Assembly: GCF_009914755.1 (NCBI RefSeq) | Contig: NC_060938.1 | Strand: one strand, 5' to 3' | Origin: the human T2T-CHM13v2.0 reference genome, Homo sapiens | Length of the DNA stretch: 64,000 nucleotides | Shown here: one piece after another, positions 48,771 to 64,000 of the stretch | How the letters are laid out: each line of letters begins with the position of its first letter | Numbering within the stretch: position 1 is the stretch's first letter | Notes under the pieces: model-generated | Databases searched by the model: none | Seen by the model: the letters and a program-made list of their open reading frames with translations, nothing else | What the model was told of the DNA's origin: nothing | Position numbers and translations under genes: made by a program

Positions 48771-49317
48771 TGTCAGAGGTGTTCAAACCAGAGCAAGTCC
48801 ATCTTGAATAGGGGCTGGGTAAAATAAGGCTGAGACCTACTGGGCTGCATTCCCAGGAGGTTGAGGCATTCTTACTCACAGGGTGAGACAGGCGGTCAGC
48901 ACAAGATACAGATCATAAAGACCTTGCTAATAAAACAGGTTGCAGTAAAGAAGCTGGCCAAAACCCATCAAAACCAAGATGGCCACCAAAGTGATCTCTG
49001 GTCATCCTCACTGCTCATTATACACTAATTATAATGCAATTAGCATGCTAAGAGACACTCCCACCAGCACTATGACTATTTACAAATGCATGGCAATGTC
49101 AGGAAGTTACCCTATATGGTCTAGAAAGGACAGGAACCCTCAGTTCCAGGAACTGTCCACCCCTTTCCCAGAAAACCCATGTATAATTCACCCCTTATTT
49201 AGCATACAATCAAGAAATATCTACAAGTATCCTTAGTCCAGCAGCCCGAGCTGCTGCTCTGCCTATGCAGTAGCCATTCTTTATTCCCTTACTATCTCCA
49301 ATAAACTTGTTTTCACT
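48771..49317 (+). mobile_element. MER41B LTR, U3-R only, polyadenylated
   Basis: tgtcagagg...ccatcttgaataggggctgggtaaaataaggctgagacctactggg... MER41B sequence; AATAAA 49300-49305, poly(A) from 49318, U5 absent. Confidence 0.92.
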
Positions 49318-50709
49318 AAAAAAAAAAAAAAAAAAAGACTCCAGGCCCAGATAGTGTCAGTGGTGAATTCCACCAAACATTTAAGGAAAAATAATACTAA
49401 TTCTACACAAATGCTTCCAAAAAATTGAAGAGGACAGAGTGCCTTCTGCTTTATTCTATGAGTCCAGGATCGCATCAATACCAAAACCAGACAAAGATAG
49501 ACAAGAAAACTAAAAACCAATATCTCTCATGAATATACACATAAAAATTCTTAACAAAAAAAGCTTAGCAAATCAAATCCAATAATAAAGGTAAAAGATA
49601 ATACATGGCCAAGTGGAGTTTATTCCAGAAATGCAGGCTTGATTTAACATTAGAAAGATCAATCAATAAAATGGACAATAGTTAGAACTAAAAAGAAAAA
49701 AAAAAGTCAAATGATCATCTCAATAGACACAGAAAAAATATTTGACAAAATCCAACATCTATTCTTGGTAAAACCTGTTATCAAACTAGGAATAGAAGGA
49801 ACTTTTTCAACTTCATAAAGAGCATCTACAACAAAAAGCACCACAGCTACTATTATATCAGGACTGAATGCTTCCCCTGTAAGATTAAAAACAAGGCAAG
49901 ATTTTCTGCTCCCATGACTTCTATTTAATATTGTATTGGAGGTTCTAACCATGCCATCAAACAAGAAAAAGAAATAAAAGGTAATCAGGTTGGAAAGAAA
50001 GAAGGAAAATTGTATTCAAAGATTATGTCATTATCTTTGTAGAAAATCCCAAAGAATCTACAGAAAAGATCCTAGAACTAGTAAGTGAGTTCAGCAAGAT
50101 TGCAAGATACAACATCAATATACAAAAAGCAGCTGTATTTCTATATCTTGGCAAACAACAATCAGAAACAAAAATAAACAATATAATTTACAATAATATA
50201 AATAATTGAAATGCTGAAAGATAAATCTGACAAAAGATATACAAGACCCGTATGCTAAAAAGTACAAAACATTACTGAAAGAAATTAAGGACCTAAATAA
50301 GCGGAGCAATATACTATGTTCATGGAAGATTCACTATTGTTTAGATGTTAATTTCCCTCAAATTGATCTAAAGATTTAAAGTATTCCCAACAAAAATCCC
50401 AACAGGCTTTTTTTCTAGCAGGTGCCAAGCTGACTGACAATTCATATGTAAGTACAAAGGACCCAGAATGGCAAAAACAACTTTCAACAAGAAAAAAATT
50501 AGAAGACTTACAGTACATGACTTTAAGACTTATAACACTATAATGATCAAGACAATGTGCTATTGGCAACAAGACAGACAAATGGACCAATGGAACAGAA
50601 TAGAGTCCAGAAATACACTCACATATATTTGGTCAACTAGTTTTAAACAAAAGTAAAAAAGTAATTTAGTAGAGAAAGGGAGTTTATTCTATTTTATTTT
50701 TATTTTATT

Positions 50710-50823
50710 GAGGACAGGAAAGGAGGATAGGGAGGGGAGGAGAGGAGGAGGAAGGGGAAGGGAGGAGAGGAGGAGGAAGGGGAGGAAAGGAGAAACAGGA
50801 TGAGGGGGTGAAGGGGAAGAAAC
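50710..50823. repeat. Polypurine (GGA/GGGA) low-complexity tract
   Basis: Seen directly. Confidence 0.85.
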
Positions 50824-51256
50824 GGAGTTTTTTCAACAAACGTTTCTAAAACAATTTGAAATCCATATGCAAAGAAAAAACAGAACTTCAGTACATATCT
50901 TGTACCATATAAAAAATGAATTCAAAATGGACAACAGAATTAAACATAAGACTATAAAACTGTTAAAGGAAAACATAAGAGAAAATCATTGTGATCTTGC
51001 ATTAGGCAAATACCTGTTAGATATAATGCCAAAAGTGCAATCCATAAATGAGAAAGTTGGATAAATATGACTTCAAAATTAAGAATGTCTGCTCTTTGAA
51101 AGACATTTAAGAGAATGAAAAGACAAGTAACAGATTGTGATAAAATATTTGCATATCACACATTTGATGAAGAACTTATATCTAGAATACCATAAAAACT
51201 CTCAAAACTCAATGAGTAAATAACCAACCCAACAATATAATGGGCAAAAGACCTGA

Positions 51257-51664
<408 letters not shown>

Positions 51665-52030
51665 AACAATGGCTAAAATTTAAAAAGCCTGGATCATACC
51701 AAGTTTTAGCAAAGATGTGAAGCAACTGGAACTCTCATACCCTGCTGGTAGAAATGTAAAATAGCACAAATACTTTGAGAAATATTTTGACAGTTTCTTA
51801 AAAAGTTGAACATATATCTACTATATGACCTAGCCATTCCAATCTTAGGTATATATCTGATAGACATGAAAGCATATGTCCTCCATACAGAGACTGGTAC
51901 ACAAAGGTTCACAGCAGTTTTGTGATAGCCCTAAACTGGAAACAATTCAAATGTTCTTCAAAAGGTAAATGGAAAAACAAACTGTGATATATCCATACAA
52001 TGGAATACTACACAGCAATAAAGAGGATAG

Positions 52031-52385
<355 letters not shown>

Positions 52386-53575
52386 TAATCTTAAAATAAG
52401 TATGCTGAATGAAAGATCCTGGACACACACACACACCCCTCAAAAAAGTACATGCTATATGATTCTATTATATAAAATTCTAGACAGTGCAAAGTAATCT
52501 ACAGTGACAGAGACAAAATAGTTGTTGCCTGCATACTTGTTGGAGGGTGGGGAGGAATGAAAGGAGAGATGACAAATGGGAAGGAAGCAGCTTTTGCGGA
52601 TGATAAGTATCTTCATTACCTTGATTGTTAGGATGAAGCCACGGATGTACACATACATCAAGACTACACACTTTGAATATGTGTAGTATATCATATATCA
52701 ATAAAGTTATTTTTGAAAGATTACCTGATATGTTAAGACATGCTTCCTAAAGTTTTCCACCAAAGTATCCCTACAGAATGAAACTCTAGGGATCTAGGGC
52801 TATAATCCATTACCCATCAATCCCAAAACCCAAATTTCTTTAAGTCTCATCCTATCTTCTGAAAATCATACATAGGTGGTTCCTTCCTAGTCAAAAAACA
52901 ATTCGTGTTTGTGTGTGTGTCTATGTTTAATATTAATTACTAGTTAAAATGCATAATATTTTACCCCAACAAATGTTTAAATTAAACAGATACCACAGAG
53001 GATGCACCCTGTTTGCTCCACGGCATTCCTGACCCCTGGCACACAACAGAAGTATAAAAACATTTTAGCCAGTACAACTTTACTGTTATAAAAACATTTT
53101 AGGCAGTACAATTGCAAAGTCTAGATGCTTTTACTGTCTTCCTATAGTGTTTCTCTCTCCCCACTCGTCTTTTCTTTTTTAACTTGTAATTTCTGGGAAA
53201 CTGGGACAGAAAATATATTTGCCAGTATTAGACACTACTTTCCTCCTTTAAGGAAGCAGTGCCTAAGAATTTCAAATGTTTATCATCTAAATGATTTGAA
53301 ATAAGCAAACAAAAATTAGACTCCTATCCAGGAAGGGGGCATTTTTGGTTCTGATTAACTGAATATTCTAGATATTGCAGAAATATTGTTGTTGTTTCCT
53401 TTCCACTGGATTATACAATGCTTCTGGATTATAATTAAGGCCTTTAACTGGGCATGATGGCACACACCTGTAGTTTTGAGTCTTGGGAGGCTGAGGTGGG
53501 AGGATCCCCTGAGCCCAGGAGTATGTGAAGTTGCAGCGAGCTATGAGTGCACCACTGCACTCCAGCCTGGGTAAC

Positions 53576-54594
<1,019 letters not shown>

Positions 54595-54619
54595 TCTATT
54601 TTTTATATTTTTATAATGA

Positions 54620-54870
54620 AATATATATATTATATATACATATATACACATATATAATATATACATATATATCTACACATATATAATATATATACATATA
54701 ATATCTACACATATATAATATATACACATTTATTATATATACACATATATATTATATATACACACACATATATATACACACACATATATAATATACACAC
54801 ACACATAATATATATACACATATATGTATTATATATACACATATATATATGTGTATAAATGTATATGTAT
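54620..54870. repeat. (TA)n/(TACA)n AT-rich simple repeat
   Basis: Seen directly. Confidence 0.92.
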
Positions 54871-55289
54871 GACCTTCAGGTTTCTTTACGCAGTCCCGTG
54901 GCTGTAAAGAAAGGCAGAAAAGAATGTGCAGCATAGAAGCCCTGTGAACAAATCTCTCAGGTCTGCAGGCTCATCCCTTTGCTACTTTGATAAACAGTTT
55001 ATAATTTCATGATGCTTTATAGGAAAGTGGTTTATAATAAATACATATATCATTGTCTCTAGAATTCAGAAACTAATTAAAAATTACTTTTGAACAGTAT
55101 AGAAGTTAACTCATCCAAGCAAGTTCAAACAAGGTCAGACTGACCTCAGTTTGCCAGAATGTTCTCTGAAAGAATAAGTGCCTAGGAGTTCTGATTTCTT
55201 TAGGACTTTCTCTTTCTCTCTTGCTTCGACACTTGTGGAATCCCAGTGCTATCACTGGAGCATTCATGATGTTGCAAGGAGTTAAAAGC

Positions 55290-55470
55290 AAGATGTCTCA
55301 GACTTTAATGTGCAAACAAATCACATGGGGCACCTTGTTAAAATATAGGTTTGGATTTGGCAGGTTTGGAATGGAGCCTGCATTTCTGCATTTCTGCCAA
55401 ACTTCCAGGTGATGCATCAGCAAAGTACAATATCTACGCTGCTGGTTCTGGACAACACTTAGCAAAGACT
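55290..55470. mobile_element. MER5-family fragment
   Basis: aatcacatggggcaccttgttaaaat...ctgcatttctg...ccaggtgatgc...gctgctggttctggac. Confidence 0.65.
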
Positions 55471-55473
55471 TAA

Positions 55474-55654
<181 letters not shown>

Positions 55655-55661
55655 TTAAACT

Positions 55662-55846
55662 CCAGCGGTTCTTAAAGTATCATACCTGGACTGGCAGCAC
55701 CAGTATCACTTGGGAACGTGGGAGAAATGCCAGTGTTGTGGCCCTTCCCCAGACCTCCTGAATCAGAAAGTCCGGTGGTAGAGCCCAGATGGCTGTTAAT
55801 TGCCTTCCAGGTGATTCTGATGCACACTGATAGCCAAGAAGCACTA
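55662..55846. mobile_element. MER5A
   Basis: cagcggttcttaaagt...cagcaccagtatcacttggg...ccagacctcctgaatcagaa...ccaggtgattctgatgcac. Confidence 0.8.
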
Positions 55847-56518
55847 GCTTAGAGAATGAGAAGTAACTGACTGCAGCTGCTGAAAAACAGCTCAATTTCA
55901 AAAGGTCTGCAATGCCCAGAGAAAGCCATGGAAACTTCAGGAAGAAGCGTAGTTATGGAAGAATATTTTAAACCAGACTGTGTTTAAGTCTTCCAAGAGA
56001 CATCATCAGTTCTAATGTTTTTAAAGAAAGAAAATACCACCTTAAATACACAAACATAGAAGCTTTCTTGTTGACAAGGTACAATATATATACCACCAGC
56101 ATAATCACAAGCTCCATTTTCTCATGTTTATAATAAACATGTCACAACCATATTTTTTAAAACCCTCTTCCCTCTCCAAACTGTTTAAATTTGAACACAT
56201 AAAACTACATCTATTCTTAAACTTTACAAACCTTAAATAATGTGTGAGAACATTACAAAATGATCAGAAAAACACTGCACAGCCACTGATTTACTGTGGC
56301 AAAACAAAAATCTATCAGTTGGGCAAACAATATAATTAGAGGATCCTATTTAGAATGATATTGGCAAGTTGATTTCACTCCAAGTTTAACCAGCATTTCC
56401 ACTGATCACCAAATGAGAATGAGGTCAACCAGATGATTATTTTGAATAATCGTGCCACTTACATAGATTTAAAAACAAAACAAAAACCACTATTGTAGGC
56501 ACCAGATAAAAGACATTT

Positions 56519-56599
56519 GTATAGCTATACATTTTGGTAACAAAGGTATAGCTATACATGTAGGTAACAAAGGTATACCTATACATATAGATAACAAAG
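56519..56599. repeat. 27-bp minisatellite x3
   Basis: gtatagctatacatNNNggtaacaaag units at 56519, 56546, 56573. Confidence 0.9.
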
Positions 56600-57062
56600 A
56601 CCTGAGAGATACATTAAACTGAATCACAAATAGAGAAAGGTAGGAGGCTGACATGCCAGAATTCAACAAAAATGGGAAGAAATTGATAGAGAAAAACTAA
56701 ATTGTTATACTCAGGCTCCCCCAAAGGTCATGTAGAGAATAAAAAGTATATAAAAATTAGTATCTACAAAAAGGGCAGTTGAGAATGTAAATAGGCACTG
56801 ATTACACCAAGTTGCTTGGGGCCACATAAACTCAAAGCTAAAAAATTACTGTGCTTTGGCTTCATTCATGTCATGCATGGAGGAAAGCCACACATGAGGC
56901 CCCTTGTTCCATCCCGTCTTTCCCTTTCACTCTCCTCCGGCTGACCTAAGAAAACATGAATGCCAGCTGATGACACTCATGAACTGCCCTGCCTCTCAAA
57001 AGCGCAATCCAGGGGCCAGCATCATCCTCACCTGGAGGTGCACTGTCAGATATGCAGATTCT

Positions 57063-57395
<333 letters not shown>

Positions 57396-57714
57396 TTATT
57401 ATCAGCAAAGTACTGACTAAAAGCCATGTTTCCTCTTCCTTATGTTACAGCATACTGCCTGGTCTTCCCTGGAAATCCTAAAGAGCAACGAGAAAAGCTC
57501 CCACTTAAGTTGAGATGTGGGGTTCTGGTGATCTGACCTATAACCAAGAATGTGGCTCTACTGTTTTCGTTCTTCTTTCTTTGGTTGCTTTTTGCTTGAT
57601 TGGTTTTTGGCTTTGTTTTTTATAGCAGCAAATCAGGGTCAAGATTTTCATTCCCCAAGAAGCCTTGGTAAGTGTCACCTTGTTAATCATCCCCTTCCTG
57701 GGAATTTTGCCTGA

Positions 57715-58148
<434 letters not shown>

Positions 58149-58295
58149 TAGCCCTTAAAGAAAGGAAGCTGTCTAACCAGCCTTAACCCAGGGCTCTGCT
58201 CCAACGTCTGCCGGTGCATGCAATCTTCCAACCTAAGTCCCTACGGCAAACTGCCCTAGCTGCAAGAAGAAAAAGAAATTAGTCACCTTCTAGGC

Positions 58296-58470
58296 CAGTG
58301 CTCAAATTTTGCTGTATATTAAGACTCCCCTGGGGAACCTGTAGAAATGTCCATGCCCAGGCCACATCCCAAACCAATTCAGTCAGAATTTCTGGATGTG
58401 GAATTGGGCATCAGACTTGTTCAAACTTCCCAGGTGATTCCAATGTGCATCAAGGTATGAGAACGGATGC
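58296..58470. mobile_element. MER5-family (MER5B-like)
   Basis: cagtgctcaaattttgctg...ccaattcagtcagaatttctgg...cccaggtgattccaatgtgca. Confidence 0.7.
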
Positions 58471-59366
58471 GCTAGGCGGTGGCCTCTACCAAGTCTCCCT
58501 CTGATGCCAAGAGGCCCGTTCTATCCACTGCTCCACTCATCCTGTTTATGCCATTCTTCCTGCATCCCAGGCAGCAGAAGCTCCGGGGATATATTTCTGC
58601 CCACATCTCAGAATCTGCTCTTCTAAAACAGCTGCTTCAATTGAAGATATATTTTGTGCAAGGCTCTTCCATTTAATGAAGAATTTTTTTTCTCATTCCC
58701 TTAATATTCCTTCCCATTAAGGCATAACCTACAAACAGCAGATGAATTACACTTACGCAGTGACTATAAAGGACAGCTGTTTTATCTCAATGGAGCATTT
58801 TCTCTTTATGATTCCATTATTTTACTCTGGCATGACATGCCTAATGTTTTAAATAACGCACAGCTTTCCTTTTCTTTCCTCTTTTTTTTTTTTTTAAGTT
58901 AAGGTGAAATTTCAGCTGGAAATCTACTCTAAAAGATCTTCAAGAAACAGTCCATATAAGAACACGGCAGTATTTATTTTTTATGAGCAGCTGAAGGTTG
59001 ATCAAAACATTCCTCCCCAGCCACAAAATGTGTAACCCTGGCATTTTTCAGTACTATTTCTTGGCACACTGAACACAGGTCAAGACATGGAACAGCATTT
59101 TATTTGAATTATTATTCTTGAGCTTCCTGAATCTTCAAGCAGTAATACTTAAAAGACACCCATTCATGGTTAGCAGATAATGCAGCCTTTTTTTCACCCA
59201 GCAGTGACCTAGTACAGAGAAAATACAGTGAATAAACTTTTTACTAAAGAGGTGCTGTTAAGTTGTCCTTGGATTGCAACTGCCTGTGTGTGAACTTCTA
59301 GAATATTTTCCAGACTGTCTTTTCAACAAGCAGAGCTTGCTGAGTTTGCCAAACCTACTTCCTTAC

Positions 59367-59541
59367 CTTTGTCTATTCTGTTCTTTGGCAACTCTTCTTA
59401 ACAAGCCTACCCCATTCAAGATCTTTCCCCTGCTCTAATCCATCTCATTATATTCTCTACAATTTCACTTTTTACCTCTTCGTAATATGGATCTTCAGAA
59501 GAACTCCCCAAAAGGATGAAGTCAGAGTCACAATTGATTTT
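59367..59541 (-). other. Candidate spliced exon (175 nt; alternative internal donor gives 66 nt)
   Basis: Acceptor ctccctcccattgttaacag|; donor AAG|GTAAGG; internal GAG|GTAAAA after 59476. Confidence 0.35.
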
Positions 59542-59844
59542 CTGTTAACAATGGGAGGGAGATTTATGTATATGCCCATAGAAACATAAGTCGTTTGTAA
59601 CACCCAGTTAGTACAAAAGAATTAGTCGTATATTCTACTCCATAAACTTGGTTCTATTCAATGATAAAAGACTATATTATTAAAGACAAAGATTAAATAG
59701 TTGTAAATAACGGCACATGTGTTTGAGCTGATCTTGAGTCTTTCCAATACATCAACACTCTGCAAAGGTCACTGGAGGCAAAATAAAGCCACCGGCAAGA
59801 TGTTTTAGGTGAGGAATGAAGCACAGATGAAAAGCCTTGCCAGC

Positions 59845-60060
59845 ACTGTGTGGTGGCTATGGACATGGGGGCTCCAAAATCTGGTAGGCCTGGTTTCAAA
59901 TCCTGGCTATGCCACTAGTCCTAGCTGTGTATCCCTAGGTCAGGTTTCAGCCTCTGTAACTATCTGCATCTCTAAAATGTAAGTAATAGCAATAATGACC
60001 TTTGTGAAGCTGCTGTGAGGATTAAAGTGCTTAGAAAGTAGTGAGTACACACTAGCTATT
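59845..60060 (+). mobile_element. MIR
   Basis: cctggtttcaaatcctggctatgccact...agctgtgt...ctaaaatg...gtgaggattaaa. Confidence 0.75.
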
Positions 60061-60178
60061 TTAATAGCATTTCACAGATAAATGCAACCCAAAGAAACCC
60101 ATAAGCAAGAGGAATAGGTATTATTTGTGTCTGTCTTCTAGATGTGAAAAGTGAGGCTTATAAAGATTAAATAAGGTC

Positions 60179-60471
<293 letters not shown>

Positions 60472-60529
60472 TTTAAAAAGATTTTTAAAAAAAGATTAAA
60501 TAAGGTCATCCTCCAGGTTTATCTTCCAA

Positions 60530-60950
60530 AAACAATGGTTGTGCTGTTCTCTGTTTAAAATCATCAGTGGCCCCCATCACCGGGAAATTATAAAGAAGTA
60601 TAAAATCCAAATTCTTTATCACGGCATGACCCCTTGATTATATCTTCTGTTTCTCTCCTCAACTCAACCCCATGTCAGTTTTGCCACAAAGCGTCTCCAG
60701 AGCACCAGAAGGAATGCTGCTCCTCTCTCCTCTGGGATGCCATTCTACCTGGACACGCTTCTAACAAAGCACCCACAGCATTTCTCTGAGGGTGTTGGTT
60801 TATGTGTCTGAATCCACATCCTAAACAGGAAGTTCCTTGAGAATGGGGACAATGTCCTATTCATCTTTGTAATACCAACATCTAGCCTGGTGGGACTCCA
60901 CAGAATGGAGGATTCCCGGTGGATTCCATGAAATGCTTGGTGGATGAATA
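60530..60950 (+). mobile_element. L2 3' region
   Basis: ttccttgagaatggggacaatgtcctattcatctttgta...ctagc L2 tail motifs. Confidence 0.6.
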
Positions 60951-61248
60951 AGTGGATGGATGAATGGATGGATGGTCTGTTCCATCCAATGAATTCCATG
61001 GATGACTGATGGATGCATGGATGGACTCTCCAACCTAGAGGAGTCTATGGAATGTTTGATGAATGAATGAATGGATGGATTGATGGACTGTCCAATTTAG
61101 AGGATTCCATGAAATGTTGGATGGATGGATGGATGGATGGATGGATGGATGGATGGATGGATGGACTATCCAATCTAGTGAATTCCATGAAATGCTCAAT
61201 GGATGAATAAAATGCATGGATGAATGGATGGAAGGATGGCCTGTCCAA
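60921..61248. repeat. Higher-order (GGAT)n tandem repeat, ~5 units of 50-80 bp
   Basis: Unit: gRattccatgaaatg-(ggat)n-ggactNtccaaNNtag. Confidence 0.85.
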
Positions 61249-62115
61249 AGCCATGCAACAAGTAAATTGCAGAGCCAAAGCAGCTCCCACATCTTCCAAC
61301 CTCTTGTTGGGGCATCATTCCCTTGGTTCCCCCACTGCCTTTGCCAATGTGTGAGTGACATCTCTGAAAAGACTGGTGAATCAATCTCTAGATCCAGAAT
61401 GAACTTACCAAACAACTTTAGGCCATGTTGTTAAGAACAAACAAACAACAAAACTGTGTGCATCAATTTACATATCTATAAAAGAGGCTCATACTTAATA
61501 CTGGAGTTTAGAATACATGGAGAGGTAAAGGAGGAACAAGAGAGAAGCCTATGAGATAACATTGACAAGTTCCTTCTTCAAAAGTACCTCAATCGAAAAC
61601 TGTCACAATAGTAAATATAATTAGATAACAATAATAATACCATACACCACAGTTTATTACTATCCTTTCTTCTGAGGCTTTCAATTGGAACTGAAAACAC
61701 AATTACTAATTAAATGAGACAACAGGAGGTATCATTTTCCAAATGGAACCCTAGTGATATAAATGAGTTACTGCAGCTTCTCAAATTTCTCACTGTCACC
61801 CAAAGAGGGGGTTAATCACTTGGCTAGAGTTAACTCAGAAAAACAGATCCACGTAATGTATTTGTTCTTCTGCTCAAAACGCAGTTCATTCATGCATTTC
61901 CTAAGTAGCTACTGTGGCCACTATAAGGTCACAAAGATGTTAAAACCCAGTTCCTCCCCTCAAGGAGCATAACGTACCCAGAGCGCACAGATGGCACAAA
62001 ATGTAGCCAGGACTTGGATCAAAAAACGAAGGCCTCTGGGGAGGAGATAAGAAACAGGGCACTGATATTCCTGGTCTTGGAGGAGTCCAGGTAAAGAATA
62101 AAAACAGAATTTTGA

Positions 62116-62816
<701 letters not shown>

Positions 62817-63237
62817 ACTTTTCTTTTTTTTATTTTTAAAAATTTAGTTGTATAATACCAAATTCTTCACTTGTCTTTTAACTGAAACCTTTCCCAATTT
62901 GTGCTTTTAAAGGCATTTGAAGATAAAAACGTTATGTAGTCAAATGGAAATTTGAGAAAATGAAATAAAATAAAACAGTATCTCCTAGAAAAGGATATAA
63001 TGTGCAGTTTTGACCAAATTAATTTAATGTTTGTTTTTTAGGAGCTTGCTGGCTAGTGTTCTGAAAAACACAGAAAATACCGGTCCAGTGAAAATGATAC
63101 ATAAAACACTCCCCTGTTTTTATTTTGCCATTGTCTCAGTTTAAAAGAAAAACAAAATGGGATGTCTATAATGGAGAAATAAAGCAGGGCTCATAAGTAG
63201 GGTCGATAACAAAATTTCAAAATCATATAAACACAAC

Positions 63238-63425
63238 CTTGGGTCCTGCTCACCACTTACATTGTGTGACTTGACTTAAAAATTGCTTCCACTTTCTCAG
63301 CCTCAGTTTCCATATCAGTCAAATGGGAATAATATTAACTGCCTCTTAGGGTAAGTAGGTGTATTTATTGAGAAATTCAAGCCAAATCATCCAGCAGAGT
63401 ACTTAGCACAGAGCACACTTTGATG
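63238..63425 (+). mobile_element. MIR
   Basis: ccacttacattgtgtgac...tctcagcctcagtttccatatc...aaatgggaataat...acttagcacag. Confidence 0.75.
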
Positions 63426-64000
63426 GTCAGGAACTGCTGCGTGAGACACTGATGGGTGACAGAGGGAGGCTCGTTAGGGTTAGTCCACGGCAGCTGTGCC
63501 TTCTGATACTAAAACAAAAATATATTCAACTTCAATGTGCTTGAAAAACTAGACATAGGCTGCATGAGAAAAGAAAAAGGAAACATACCAAAATGGAAGA
63601 GAAGTCTGAAGAACACTCATCTCAAGCCAGATTTTCAAGGAAATGAGTTTAATATGAAATTACAAAAACAGTGCCCTCGGCTGTTTCTACTTTTCTATGA
63701 AATCCGATAGCCAGATATCACGATGCAACAGAACAAAGAAAATGCAAAGAACAGCAGGATAAATACTTTTAGTTGTTTTCTCACGCCACTCCTTCAAATT
63801 GGTGTTTGCAGCATGGTAGTAGAAGGTAATGCAATAACCATGTGAAATTTACAGCAGACTTTAGGATTGTGAACATTTCTGAGCAAATAGAGATAACAAC
63901 AAAGGCCAGGAACAAGTGACTGTGGGGTATGTGGTTAGATCAAGACCTTGAAAACAGATGCTTTACCTAGCCAAGTAAACCAATGTTTACCACTGTCCTC

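Noticed and set aside
60921-61248. Repeat-spacer pattern resembling a CRISPR array
   Set aside because: The variable parts are GGAT microsatellite in primate DNA, and there are no cas genes.

Overview
This is primate genomic DNA; a full-length SVA points to human or another great ape. The window is non-coding in character and saturated with repeats: about 45 Alu copies or fragments, one full-length SVA with its TSD (28987-30886), a long ancient L1M on + (~44050-52710) with later insertions, an L1M 3' end on -, MaLR LTRs (MST, THE1, MLT1), ERV1 LTRs (MER41B, MER34-like), DNA transposons (MER58B, MER5, MER94, MER104) and MIR/L2 relics. I recognise no protein-coding exon or RNA gene; the supplied ORFs are repeat-derived or chance. 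Repeat-free blocks contain several well-formed minus-strand splice-site pairs and TF-motif clusters. These fit an intron or lncRNA region of a minus-strand transcript that I cannot name. The most unusual item is at 48492-49352: a MER41 ERV 3' fragment (internal 3' end + PPT + U3-R, no U5) ending in a poly(A) tail and flanked by an L1-type TSD. It looks like an L1-retroposed processed copy of an ERV RNA and still carries both STAT1 GAS motifs. I see no evidence of a new gene system beyond this. Repeat subfamily calls come from remembered consensus sequences and boundaries are approximate.
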